64,000 nt of DNA from a virus: the IMG/VR virus record IMGVR_UViG_3300028920_000044, positions 45,195-109,194 of that record; one strand, given 5' to 3'. This document shows positions 1 through 9,702 of the stretch, one piece after another (position 1 is the first letter of the stretch; the number at the start of each line of letters is the position of its first letter). Under the pieces are notes generated by a model. It did no database searches, was not told where the DNA came from, and saw only the letters and a program-made list of their open reading frames with translations. A program made the translations under genes and the position numbers.

Positions 1-791
1 ATACCTGATCCAAATTCAATAACAAACTTTCGAGAAGTCAATTTTCTTAAAAACACAGTCTTAGAAAAACTTTCTTCAAAATATTTCACATAATTAACAT
101 TATATTCTTCAAGAAGATTACTAGAATCATCCTTTCGTTTAACCCAAACACGAATATCACTAATGTGCCCTTCATCAATTTCAATTACATAAGGATAATA
201 TGTACCAAAACTATAATTAGGTAATGTCAGAAAAAATTCTTGAACCTTGAATTGTTGTACATCTTTAAATGGTGCAATAACTTCAGCAGTAGCAGATGGT
301 AATTGTTGTACATTACCTTCATTCGAAGTTATAATTGTGCTATATCCACTTAACGATTGCACAAATTTATATTTAGCATTTGTTATAAAATTGTATCCTT
401 CATTCTCAAAAACGATCGAAGAATCATCTCCTATAACTGCTTCTCTTCGTATAACACCATTAGGTAGCTTTGGTAATAATGCAAAATCAAATATTACACT
501 ACCAAACGCGTTAGAAGGAGTACCAAATGTTGGTAAATATCCATATGTAGCAGAGTGAAAATATAGATTCTCTGTTTCTTGTGCTGTGGCTACAAATGCT
601 TCTTTAAATAGAGAATCATAATATTGCTTTGCATCAAAATTTGTATGTCCAAGAAGATTTAATAAGAATCCAACAAAACCCAATTTATTAATCTGTAAAT
701 CATAGACTTGTAATTCACTCTTTAGTAACGTTGAATAATATTCTATGAATTCTTGTGGGCTTTTAAAATTTGTTACAGATATATCCGCCAT
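1..791 (-). CDS. Baseplate wedge protein, T4 gp6-like (partial, runs off left edge; not in ORF track)
   Basis: Hand translation from ATG at 791: MADISVTNFKSPQEF...GFVGFLLNLLGHTNFDAKQYYDSLFKEAFVATAQETENLYFHSATYGYLP, matching the gp6/BplJ N-terminal pattern (LL.LL....Y....EAF..TA.......A..GY.P); VFLRKLTSRKFVIEFGSG at the edge. Confidence 0.75.
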   Translation of the reverse strand, partial: MADISVTNFKSPQEFIEYYSTLLKSELQVYDLQINKLGFVGFLLNLLGHTNFDAKQYYDSLFKEAFVATAQETENLYFHSATYGYLPTFGTPSNAFGSVIFDFALLPKLPNGVIRREAVIGDDSSIVFENEGYNFITNAKYKFVQSLSGYSTIITSNEGNVQQLPSATAEVIAPFKDVQQFKVQEFFLTLPNYSFGTYYPYVIEIDEGHISDIRVWVKRKDDSSNLLEEYNVNYVKYFEESFSKTVFLRKLTSRKFVIEFGSG

Positions 792-815
792 TTCAACACC
801 CCGTTCAATCAAGGT

Positions 816-1685
816 TTAAATTTTATTAAATTTAGGGAATACTAAAGTATTAAGTTCATCTAATACCCAACTCTTTGTACCCTCTGAAACTACATATCCA
901 CGATATGCTGCACAAAAATAACTAAAAGGTAATGTAGTTAATTCGTTGCCTGTGCGTTGTCCTATCAACTCTTTTGATGGTAAAGCTTGAGGAAATAGAC
1001 CAATACATTTACCTACATATGTTATGTCTTTTAAATTTGGTTTATATTTGACTATATATATAGAAGCTGCATAATCTATTCCACCATATATTCCTCCGCT
1101 ATCTTGATGAAATTTGGTAATGTCTTGATTTAAATAATGAGGATGTGGTCTTATTTTACCTTCAATTATATCCCAAATATAATGAATCCATGCTTGATGG
1201 AATTTATATATTGATAGTTCAGAATCATCTATATATGTGACAGACACTTGCTCCGAGGTACTGAATTCAGTTGCAAAAGGAATTGCCCCACTTCGACTAG
1301 ATACTCGCTCTGAATTGACCTGTTCTTGAGGTGGTGTAAAATCAACAGCAGCAAACGTAACAAATTTTGTAATTCTATTTAATTCTTCACCTATTGAACT
1401 GTTCCCTTTGTATGTATGTTCACCGTGTTCACCAAACACTCTTTTATTACTAAAATCTTGATCTCTAGTAAGCCCACTTAAAGGAGGAGGGATCATGAAC
1501 ATAAACGTGTAACCGTTTATATCAGGATTGTATCTATGAAGCATTGTATCATAAAAAAATCGCATCAAGTCGCTATCTTCTTTAGATTCCCCAAATATAA
1601 TATCTATAACATTGACATTTGCTAATTGAGAATTACTATCTTTCGGTGGAACAACTGTTAGCGCCATAATATTCTCCATGACCAA
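816..1685 (-). CDS. Virion structural protein, possibly tail tube/tube-initiator-like
   Basis: 289 aa next to baseplate gene; GYTFMFMIPP, YAASIYIVKYKP and GLFP motifs reminiscent of jumbo-phage tube proteins. Confidence 0.4.
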   Translation of the reverse strand: MVMENIMALTVVPPKDSNSQLANVNVIDIIFGESKEDSDLMRFFYDTMLHRYNPDINGYTFMFMIPPPLSGLTRDQDFSNKRVFGEHGEHTYKGNSSIGEELNRITKFVTFAAVDFTPPQEQVNSERVSSRSGAIPFATEFSTSEQVSVTYIDDSELSIYKFHQAWIHYIWDIIEGKIRPHPHYLNQDITKFHQDSGGIYGGIDYAASIYIVKYKPNLKDITYVGKCIGLFPQALPSKELIGQRTGNELTTLPFSYFCAAYRGYVVSEGTKSWVLDELNTLVFPKFNKI

Positions 1686-1718
1686 TAGGGCCTAATGCGA
1701 TTACACATTAGGCCCTAT
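1685..1718 (-). terminator. Intergenic hairpin, probable terminator
   Basis: 13-bp perfect inverted repeat ATAGGGCCTAATG/CATTAGGCCCTAT just after stop of 1727..2989. Confidence 0.55.
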
Positions 1719-1726
1719 CAATTCTA

Positions 1727-2989
1727 TTAACTCCCGTATTGTCCACGGCATACAGTTTTGCTCATATTATAAATTAGACCATAAATCAATACATTTCGAA
1801 TTTGAATTCTTGTTACCTCACTATATCGATCATATACTTTAGTCAGGGCTTTCCCATCTGTATCTCTAAGATCATCATCAAAAATTTGTTTCAATAACAT
1901 ATTGCTAAGTTTCTGTATCTTTCGAGTATCCGGATTATTTTTACTCGAAATAATAACTTTCTTAACAATCGTTCTATAATTCGCTTTACAGATATCAATT
2001 TTATCAACAACATTGGTCCGCGAAAGAATTACACTAATTAAATCATATAAGATATCATGATATTTATGATTATGAATAGATTGAAGTATTGCTTTAATAG
2101 TAACCTCTTTAACTTTAAATGACTGATTAAAACTTTTAATTAACGTACTAGGATAAGAGGGATTTGGATTCATTGTGATGTAATCGGTTACGTCATTTGT
2201 TATTTCATCACGAATATGAACAGTAGAATATTGATCAAACCCTGGTTCATCATCACCCATACCAACGCTTGGGCTAGAAATAGACATGCCCATTTTATGT
2301 GCTTTCATATAAAGAGGCAATAATCCACCTTGTGCTTCGTTTTTACCCGTTGTTATATTTCTTCTCGGGTTAAACATAAAGATCTGATTAATGCGACTAT
2401 ACATTTGTTCGAATAATCGTTTTAATTTAAAAGAATTTCTTTTAATCTCTGGTCCATATTTGAATATAAGTTTAGGAACATGATAATCATGAAGTAAGCT
2501 GATAGGACTGTCATATTTAGATACACTATGCTTCTTAGTGATCATATGAGTTACAACATACTTCATGATTTTCTTGTCACAATATTTAATGTACCGTACC
2601 TTACGACCATTCCAAACTTTCATCAAGCAGCACATCATTGCGTTTTTGTATATGTGTTCTTTCTTTCCCATCAAACCATAATATGTAAGTAATAATAAAA
2701 TCTGATAATATGGGTCACTATGCATAGCATTCTTCATAGCGCCCATACCCCAATCTTTTTTATATGCATTGTAAACATCAATTTGATCAATACCAATTAT
2801 TTTGTATAATTTTAATACGCCTGCCATTGGAAGCGTAAACTTGAAACAATACCCTTCATCAGATGACATAGATTGGGAGAATGCGGTACTCACAAACCTC
2901 GAAATCTCTTGATACACCTGGCGTTCTATTCGCGGATCAGCATGAAATATTTGCTGTAGTTCCTTATGAAGTTTCGTTATTTCTGACAC
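1727..2989 (-). CDS. Hypothetical phage protein (420 aa)
   Basis: Long ORF, AGGAG upstream, no recognised motif. Confidence 0.75.
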   Translation of the reverse strand: MSEITKLHKELQQIFHADPRIERQVYQEISRFVSTAFSQSMSSDEGYCFKFTLPMAGVLKLYKIIGIDQIDVYNAYKKDWGMGAMKNAMHSDPYYQILLLLTYYGLMGKKEHIYKNAMMCCLMKVWNGRKVRYIKYCDKKIMKYVVTHMITKKHSVSKYDSPISLLHDYHVPKLIFKYGPEIKRNSFKLKRLFEQMYSRINQIFMFNPRRNITTGKNEAQGGLLPLYMKAHKMGMSISSPSVGMGDDEPGFDQYSTVHIRDEITNDVTDYITMNPNPSYPSTLIKSFNQSFKVKEVTIKAILQSIHNHKYHDILYDLISVILSRTNVVDKIDICKANYRTIVKKVIISSKNNPDTRKIQKLSNMLLKQIFDDDLRDTDGKALTKVYDRYSEVTRIQIRNVLIYGLIYNMSKTVCRGQYGS

Positions 2990-3018
2990 TTTTCATGCTC
3001 CTATTATGATGATAAAGA

Positions 3019-3741
3019 TTAAACACATGTAGCAATAATCTTTGCGAGATTATGCATCTTCTTCTCGAAAGATTCAACAAGATCAACTAATTTATCTTGG
3101 TCAAACACTCTCCCATAATCGACATTGTCAGTAAGATATTGAATCCGAGCCCAAGAACCAAAAGGAAAAGAAACATTTCTAAGAAGGTTCTCAATAACAG
3201 CAACTTTAATACCAAATTTGATAGCTTCATCTGTATCGGTACCGTCTGTAATTAATGCAGCGATTGTATCTTTCGACGTATCGTAATACCGTTCTTTTCT
3301 TTGTTCGTCGTTAAGTTTGTAAAAGTTACGATCCAAGTTCTCGTAAATAGCTTTTGACAAACGTCTTTGAGCTTTTTCAAGAGAGTCATCTATAATTGAT
3401 TCATTAATCCCTTTCCCATAAAACTCAGGAACGATATTAACAAACTCATAAATTTTTCTTACATTTGTAAACAAAGCACTCATAACGCCTTCGATTTGAG
3501 GATGCACACTCTCATCAAGCTTCTGAAATAGTTGATCATAGTACATCATATCAACTCTAATTTTTGATTCGAATGCAATTTGATCATAAGGTTTATAAAA
3601 CCCTTTACCCATATCCTTCTGCTTTGCAATTCGTTGTGCTTCTTCAAGAACTGTAACCCTTATACCTTTGCTCTCTGTAATCTTACTCAAAGCATCCCGA
3701 GATTCTCGCATAATATCCATCTGGGTATCTTCGGTAAACAT
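3019..3741 (-). CDS. Hypothetical phage protein (240 aa, helical)
   Basis: ORF with GGAGG RBS. Confidence 0.75.
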   Translation of the reverse strand: MFTEDTQMDIMRESRDALSKITESKGIRVTVLEEAQRIAKQKDMGKGFYKPYDQIAFESKIRVDMMYYDQLFQKLDESVHPQIEGVMSALFTNVRKIYEFVNIVPEFYGKGINESIIDDSLEKAQRRLSKAIYENLDRNFYKLNDEQRKERYYDTSKDTIAALITDGTDTDEAIKFGIKVAVIENLLRNVSFPFGSWARIQYLTDNVDYGRVFDQDKLVDLVESFEKKMHNLAKIIATCV

Positions 3742-3766
3742 AATATTTCCTCCATAAATGAAAATG

Positions 3767-6031
3767 TTAAATTCTGCCTTCTAACTCATTTCTCGTCATA
3801 TTCTCGACATAGGTCTCAAATGTACGAATGTTAGATTTATTGATTTGTGTCATATACTGAAGTTTATAGTATACTTGCCCACGCTTAGAATCTATGACAA
3901 TTAAATTTGGCACATCTAATCTTTGGTTAATAAATTTGACTATTCCCTTGACATAATTGTCTGTAACATTTAGCCCCTCCTCTACACCTTTAGATAACAA
4001 ATGGCGCCAAGACTTTGAAACAACTGCTGCATGTAACATCACAATCGTCTCAAGTGGTACTACTAATGTATAGTTTGGTAAATCCAAAGCATCATTAGCA
4101 ACAGTTTCAATTTCTATATCAATGTAATCGACATACTGACACACAGACCCCATCACAGCTACATAATATAATGTTCTAATAAAACTTTTAATATAACCCT
4201 TTGTCTGATTAATAAATTCTTCAACTGCTTCTATTAATTTATCTGGATCATCATGGTCTAATATATTTCGTCTTAATATTGCAATATTATCAGGTACACC
4301 TTGGGGGTTATATCTAAATTCTTGATGATATGTAATAACTATATTTTCAACAGCTTGATCAATTACTCTTTCAACTTTATCAAATATTGGTTTAGGGTTA
4401 TTAATAATTTTTCCTAATTGATATGCTAAACTTTGATGCATACTATCAAATTCTTCTCCAATATCGGTAGAAACTCGAGTAAACATGCCAAAACTTTCTT
4501 TAGTAATCATTGGATCACTAAGCATCACATTTTTTAAATCCTCTGTTCTTGATTCTACTTTTTGGATTGCTTTACCTAAAGTCTTTGTACATATTGACTT
4601 CATAAGTTTAGCTTTGTTTTCATCAACCCCGGCACCTCTAAAAGAGTTTTCAACAGCAGAGAATACTTCTCCAGTTATTTTCGCTATTTCCCCCATTAAG
4701 AACTTATCAAGCGTTTCTTCTTTTAACTTTTGATAATCAATAATAGATTCATGAGGATGTATTGTCATCAATAATGATTTCGTATACATATTGATATTGT
4801 AACCTAAATACGCCAAAAAATTATGAAGAACTAGATCGCTTAGTTCTCCCGCTTTTGGAGATAATGTTTTAACTGTTGATTCTATTTGTCCTGGGTTACG
4901 AGTCAATCCAAATTGTGATCGTAAAAGATTATCATTAAGCATAAACTTAAAGAAAAGCTCTGCCTCTTTTAGATTCCCTTGTACGACATTTAATATATCA
5001 AATTCCTTCACAGGTTTGAATGTATCTCGTGGCATATTAGTTGGTACAACTGTAGGTACACCCTCTTTTCCAGGCGAATAGAGTTCTTTTGAAGCTATTT
5101 GGTCTTGTCTAGATAATGGTAATCTTGATGGTATCCTAGGATCAATCCACGTTTTTCTCCACCGTTTTACGGTTTCATATGGTTTCCCTATGGCTTTCTC
5201 AAAACGATTTGATATTCTTCTACCAAAAGATTCTAATCCTTGTGCTATTTTAGGATGATCTGGAGCCAACCAAGAAATTAATCTGTCATGAAGTGTGTTT
5301 CTATCTTGTTCAGCATCAAACTTCGACATATTCGCTAAAAGATTCCAAGCTTCTTTCTCATCAAGACGTTTAATAACATTAAATATGTACTTAATATTTG
5401 TTTCACCTTGCGGCCCACCAATTGGTTTCTTTAAAGCAATCGCTGTGGTTAAGACGTATGCAAGAGTTAAAGAATCAATAGAGTATGCTTTAGTACCAAC
5501 AATTACAGGGACATCAATTAAATTTTCTAGCGTTATTAACTCAACAAAAGGATTCAATTTCTTTACCCTTGGTTCAGTTGCTAGATATCTTTTGATAATA
5601 GCTGTTTTCTCTCTAATCTTTTCCTGGAGTTTATATTCATCCATTCTTGGTATAGCAGAAGGTTCTTGCATCTGATAAGATTGATAACTTCCAGATCCGC
5701 CTTGTCCTAATGAAGATTGAGAGATTAAAGTTTGCACATCTGATGAATTTCCGTTTTCATCAGTTAAAGAAAAACTTTTCGAAGCACTCGCTACTATATT
5801 CAATGCATTGCTTACGAATATCTCCTTCAACATAGAAACAGCCATAAAGTTTCTCATCGTCTGTTCAAACTTCTGTAATCGCTTATCAAATAACATTGGG
5901 TATATAAATGTTAACTTAAATTGTTGGTCTATATCCTCTACACTGATGTTCTTAGCTCCTACATCAAAGGTCTTTACCTTTCTCAGGTTACGAGTTGCGC
6001 TTGAATAAAGCTGTCTTCCTGTTAAATTCAT
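3767..6031 (-). CDS. Large hypothetical protein (754 aa), possibly virion
   Basis: Long ORF with GAGG RBS; no motif recognised. Confidence 0.75.
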   Translation of the reverse strand: MNLTGRQLYSSATRNLRKVKTFDVGAKNISVEDIDQQFKLTFIYPMLFDKRLQKFEQTMRNFMAVSMLKEIFVSNALNIVASASKSFSLTDENGNSSDVQTLISQSSLGQGGSGSYQSYQMQEPSAIPRMDEYKLQEKIREKTAIIKRYLATEPRVKKLNPFVELITLENLIDVPVIVGTKAYSIDSLTLAYVLTTAIALKKPIGGPQGETNIKYIFNVIKRLDEKEAWNLLANMSKFDAEQDRNTLHDRLISWLAPDHPKIAQGLESFGRRISNRFEKAIGKPYETVKRWRKTWIDPRIPSRLPLSRQDQIASKELYSPGKEGVPTVVPTNMPRDTFKPVKEFDILNVVQGNLKEAELFFKFMLNDNLLRSQFGLTRNPGQIESTVKTLSPKAGELSDLVLHNFLAYLGYNINMYTKSLLMTIHPHESIIDYQKLKEETLDKFLMGEIAKITGEVFSAVENSFRGAGVDENKAKLMKSICTKTLGKAIQKVESRTEDLKNVMLSDPMITKESFGMFTRVSTDIGEEFDSMHQSLAYQLGKIINNPKPIFDKVERVIDQAVENIVITYHQEFRYNPQGVPDNIAILRRNILDHDDPDKLIEAVEEFINQTKGYIKSFIRTLYYVAVMGSVCQYVDYIDIEIETVANDALDLPNYTLVVPLETIVMLHAAVVSKSWRHLLSKGVEEGLNVTDNYVKGIVKFINQRLDVPNLIVIDSKRGQVYYKLQYMTQINKSNIRTFETYVENMTRNELEGRI

Positions 6032-6047
6032 ACTTTACCTCTCGTAG

Positions 6048-6947
6048 TTAACATCTGATATCGGCATATATTGTTGTTATCTCTTTCGAAAACTTAGGAT
6101 AAGTTTTCTTATAGTCTAATCGCATTTTATCTATTATATCACACATACGCTTTGAATCTTTCGGATAGCTTGACAGCGAAAAGAATGATTTAATACTATC
6201 CCAAGTTTTTTGTATCCAAGTGTGTGGTCTTGCTTTTCCACCAGTTAATTTATTAAACTTAAAGAACACCTTCGCTAAATCATCACCATATCCATATTTG
6301 ACTGCATATTCATCAGCATTCAATTCCCCCATATGATCAGCAAATGTTAAACTTCTAGAGAGAGCAAAAAGAGACAGAACAACAGGCAATAATATTAATG
6401 ATACTGCGGGAAAAACAATAACTCTTAAAAGGGTAAGAGCTCCAATCAATAGCCCCCCCTTCGCAACCTGGTTTACTAGAGTCGGAAGTAACATAGAAAA
6501 ATTAGCAGTGTGCTGATATATATGACCAATCTCATGCAATAATATCGCTGTAAGTTCTCTAGGTGTAAACATGTCTAATGTCTTCGTTCCAAATATAACA
6601 TATATTCCCTTAATATATCTTGGAGATTCTTCAGCCTTAAACTTCTCTGTTTTTAGCTTATTCTCTCCATCTTTCTTAAAAACCTTCGGTAATGTTTGAT
6701 TGTATTTTATAAATATACAAGCGTCATGCACATTTTCTTTGACTACAAAGTATACTGATTTTACTCCTGTAAAACTCTTTATATTTCTAACAAGGTCTAC
6801 TATTTGTTGTTTATCCTTAGTATTTTTTCTAATACTATCAAAGTTCTTATCGATATTCTTTAACACAGGGGATCTTACTTTAGCAGCTTCAAACATTATA
6901 TATTCAAAATTTCTATTGATATCTTCAATGATCAAATCAACATTCAT
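6048..6947 (-). CDS. Zinc metalloprotease (M48-like, HExxH)
   Basis: LTAILLHEIGH, hydrophobic helices, then ELNADEYA..YGYG, the typical M48/HtpX-like arrangement. Confidence 0.7.
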   Translation of the reverse strand: MNVDLIIEDINRNFEYIMFEAAKVRSPVLKNIDKNFDSIRKNTKDKQQIVDLVRNIKSFTGVKSVYFVVKENVHDACIFIKYNQTLPKVFKKDGENKLKTEKFKAEESPRYIKGIYVIFGTKTLDMFTPRELTAILLHEIGHIYQHTANFSMLLPTLVNQVAKGGLLIGALTLLRVIVFPAVSLILLPVVLSLFALSRSLTFADHMGELNADEYAVKYGYGDDLAKVFFKFNKLTGGKARPHTWIQKTWDSIKSFFSLSSYPKDSKRMCDIIDKMRLDYKKTYPKFSKEITTIYADIRC

Positions 6948-6966
6948 TGATATCTCCTATATTCGA

Positions 6967-7087
6967 TCCTGGCCCCATACCGGGTGGAGAGGTCGGATAA
7001 ACCCTGACGCCCAAGATGGCAAAACACAAAACCCGCAAATTAAAAAGGGTAATGTTAAGAAAGCGTCATACCGATACGAGACCAGGG
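6967..7087 (-). ncRNA. Candidate structured non-coding RNA / cis-element
   Basis: GC-rich intergenic segment; 7071-7086 pairs with 6968-6983 as a 16-bp helix only when G-U pairs of the minus-strand RNA are used; nested 8-bp helix 7061-7068/7005-7012 and two small GGGU/ACCC hairpins. Confidence 0.5.
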
Positions 7088-7089
7088 AA

Positions 7090-8055
7090 CTATTTAATGT
7101 CACATATCTTATAATAGTGACAAAAAAAGCATTTCTTTCGATTCACAAACTCATTATCACCAGGTGGTAAAGTATTGCTATCTAGAAACCCATTTATTTC
7201 TTTTATTTTACGCCGAATAAAATCGTAATAAGGTTCGGCATCAAAAGTATTCGTATCTAACACCATTGAAGTTATGAAATAAAATGGATTTCTTTTTGAA
7301 TTTAATTGTTTCTTAATAGAATCTACAATTTTAAGTGCCATAGAGAAATCATCAATATCACTTGCAGTGATATCATGTGCGAGATAAATAAACTGTAACG
7401 TATCTATATTATAATAGTCTAATGCTGGTTTATTTGATCTCGTTTTAATACTTTCATCTTTTGCTTCTGTAAGAAAATTCTCTAATACATACTTATAAGT
7501 CATTACTTGATAAAAGTCTGCAATTCTAGGTTTTTGATCTCTGATAATCTTTTGATAATCTTTATATGTACAACTTTTAATCTCTGCTAGGACATTAAAT
7601 CCCTTCAAATTATCTAATCTTCCACTAAATCGGATCGAAGGTATTTTTACAGATACTTCTGTTTCTGTAAATTGATCAGTTACTCCTTGAATGAAATCAT
7701 GACATGCACTTCCAAGTGTCGCTCGAAAAGATAGGGGTAACCACTTGTCCCCAAATGATTTAATAGGTGTTTTAGAAAGTTTATAAATAATTTGTCTGAT
7801 ACAATTATCTGCTACATCATATGCATTAATATTCGCGGCAACTTCGGCATAAACTCGATTCTTATTTTCTGCCTTTTCAGCTACTTCCCTTGAAAACACA
7901 GATACATCAAATGGTTTAGCTCGTTCACTAACTACAGGAACAGATTCTTCCTGTATAGAATCCTGTGTTTTAGATGCCTGAGATGCCGTGATTTTTCTTT
8001 CGCCTTCCTTGCCATTAATTAAATTTACTACGCTATTAAATTCACTCAATTGCAC
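7090..8055 (-). CDS. Cas4-like PD-(D/E)XK exonuclease with Fe-S cysteines
   Basis: N-terminal C (DNCIRQ), GSACH, GRLD...EIKS, Q...Y, and C-terminal CFFCHYYKIC. Confidence 0.8.
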   Translation of the reverse strand: MQLSEFNSVVNLINGKEGERKITASQASKTQDSIQEESVPVVSERAKPFDVSVFSREVAEKAENKNRVYAEVAANINAYDVADNCIRQIIYKLSKTPIKSFGDKWLPLSFRATLGSACHDFIQGVTDQFTETEVSVKIPSIRFSGRLDNLKGFNVLAEIKSCTYKDYQKIIRDQKPRIADFYQVMTYKYVLENFLTEAKDESIKTRSNKPALDYYNIDTLQFIYLAHDITASDIDDFSMALKIVDSIKKQLNSKRNPFYFITSMVLDTNTFDAEPYYDFIRRKIKEINGFLDSNTLPPGDNEFVNRKKCFFCHYYKICDIK

Positions 8056-8102
8056 GCCTCCAATGTTATATCTTCGTCGTTAGTATTAATATTACTTTTA
8101 AT

Positions 8103-8118
8103 ACTATTTCTATATAAA
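8103..8118 (-). promoter_or_regulatory. Recurring phage promoter-like motif TTTATATAGAAATAGT
   Basis: 16-nt exact match to 55046-55061 (+); about 50 nt upstream of the Cas4-like gene. Confidence 0.5.
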
Positions 8119-8130
8119 ACTAGAAGACAT

Positions 8131-8168
8131 AAATTTTCAGGGAGGTGACGAACCCTCCCCAAAAATTT
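8131..8168 (-). terminator. Hairpin, probable terminator
   Basis: GGGAGG/CCTCCC stem with A/T-rich flanks after gene 8191..8862. Confidence 0.45.
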
Positions 8169-8190
8169 AGAGTGCTACCTTCACACAGTC

Positions 8191-8862
8191 TTACTCTTCT
8201 TTCTTTTTCTTTCTACCGCGAAGTAACTTAGCAGCACCTATTGCTCCAGCGCCTAGACCTGCAGCGATAGCAACTTTACCACCATGCTCAGATCCAAATT
8301 TCTTAATGGCACTACCGGCATCATCAAGGGCTTCTTTAGTTTTATGAATACCTACTGCTGTTCGTGCTCCTGTTTTCATGCTCGTTGCTGGATTAAATCC
8401 TACAGCATTCATACCTCTGGCAACTTTTACACCAGGTTCAATACTACCCAAATTACTAAGATCTCTCTTTGCAACCCTACCAATCAGAGGCACATTCTTT
8501 AATTTTTTAGCAACGGATTGATATGTATCAATACTATCATCCGTACTTTTGAGGCTTTTACCCAATTCTTCTCTAGACGTGTTCTTAAACTTTTTATCAA
8601 TCTTAGCATACAGCTCTTTTCTCTTCTCAGCATCAGGAAAATCACTTTTTTCCTGAAGAGCAATGATCACACCTTCAGAATATTCTTTCGCTATACCAGA
8701 AATCTCTAAGACGAGATCTGTTGTTTTGTGTTCTTTAGCTTCATCGATCCAATTCGCTTTTTGTTCTGGAGAAGCGAGGATCCAAGCTAGAACATCTTCT
8801 CGTATTTCAAGACCCTTTAATGGATCTTTTTGGTTTGATGCAACAAATTGTTGATAGCCCAT
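8191..8862 (-). CDS. Putative internal head protein with C-terminal Gly-zipper/basic tail
   Basis: N-terminus MGYQQFV resembles T4 capsid-targeting sequences; N-terminal ~60 aa paralogous to 8894..9322; ends AAGLGAGAIGAAKLLRGRKKKK. Confidence 0.55.
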   Translation of the reverse strand: MGYQQFVASNQKDPLKGLEIREDVLAWILASPEQKANWIDEAKEHKTTDLVLEISGIAKEYSEGVIIALQEKSDFPDAEKRKELYAKIDKKFKNTSREELGKSLKSTDDSIDTYQSVAKKLKNVPLIGRVAKRDLSNLGSIEPGVKVARGMNAVGFNPATSMKTGARTAVGIHKTKEALDDAGSAIKKFGSEHGGKVAIAAGLGAGAIGAAKLLRGRKKKKEE

Positions 8863-8893
8863 AATTTTAATCTCCTCATATAATTTAATTTAA

Positions 8894-9322
8894 TTATTCA
8901 GCAGCGCCAGAAGGAGAACTAGCCGGAACACCAGCAACCTGTTCTCTTCGTAATTTTTTAGCCAGATTCAATGCACCCAATCCTTGTGCAATTCCGGCGG
9001 CGGCGGCAATTTTGCCTTTGTCAGACATCTGAGGATCATCATCACTCATATTGGTGGCAGCTTTAGGTTCACCAGCTGTGGTAGTAGGATCAATTTCTTT
9101 ACCTGCTTCATCACCAGATCCACCAGCTTCGGTATTCGGAACATTTGCAGATTCAGAGATTTCAAGAACGTATTTACTTGCCTCATCATCTCCCTTTACT
9201 TCTTGAATAACAGCTGCTTTCTCTTTTGGAGACATATTCTTCCAGGCTTCAACATCTTCTTCAAACGTCTTGACAGTCTGTCCCTTGCCTTCTAAATTGT
9301 CTATAAAATCTTGATAAGACAT
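8894..9322 (-). CDS. Putative internal head protein (paralog of 8191..8862)
   Basis: MSYQDFIDNLE N-terminus; EDV.AW...SP..KA..I.E.K shared with neighbour; GIAQGLGALNLAKKLRR motif. Confidence 0.55.
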   Translation of the reverse strand: MSYQDFIDNLEGKGQTVKTFEEDVEAWKNMSPKEKAAVIQEVKGDDEASKYVLEISESANVPNTEAGGSGDEAGKEIDPTTTAGEPKAATNMSDDDPQMSDKGKIAAAAGIAQGLGALNLAKKLRREQVAGVPASSPSGAAE

Positions 9323-9356
9323 ACTTTTTCTCCTTTGATATTCGTTGAATTTAGGT

Positions 9357-9689
9357 TTATGATTTCATTGCGGCCTTACGAGCGGCCTGTTTTCCTCTCA
9401 TACCATATTTGCGCATAACCTTCGTCTTAAACTTCTTCCATAATTTCTTGTACTTAATCATCTTTTTATAGTCGGTGTCATTCTTATCTTTGGCTAATCT
9501 TGCCGCCATTGATCCGCCTAATCTAGATAATTTCTCTTGTCTACCAACTCTTAGCATAGACATTTTTAATACTTCATTAATTGTATCATCATCCATAAAA
9601 TCAATACATTCAATTAACATATTTTTCAATTCTTCATCCGGTATATCTAATTCTAACAATTCTTGTTCGGACAATTCTGAATAATCCAT
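9357..9689 (-). CDS. Small protein, acidic N-terminus / basic C-terminus
   Basis: 110 aa; D/E-rich leader then K/R-rich LAKDKND..YKK..KYG region. Confidence 0.7.
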   Translation of the reverse strand: MDYSELSEQELLELDIPDEELKNMLIECIDFMDDDTINEVLKMSMLRVGRQEKLSRLGGSMAARLAKDKNDTDYKKMIKYKKLWKKFKTKVMRKYGMRGKQAARKAAMKS

Positions 9690-9702
9690 TTAACTCATCC
9701 TC

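Noticed and set aside
6967-7087. tRNA or c-di-GMP riboswitch
   Set aside because: No cloverleaf/TTC arm; plus-strand GGCAAA...GCAAA only loosely resembles the GEMM motif, and pairing favours the minus strand
7090-8055. Cas4-like gene as part of a CRISPR adaptation module
   Set aside because: No cas1/cas2, 47 kb from the RAMP gene; solo Cas4-like nucleases near recA are common in large phages
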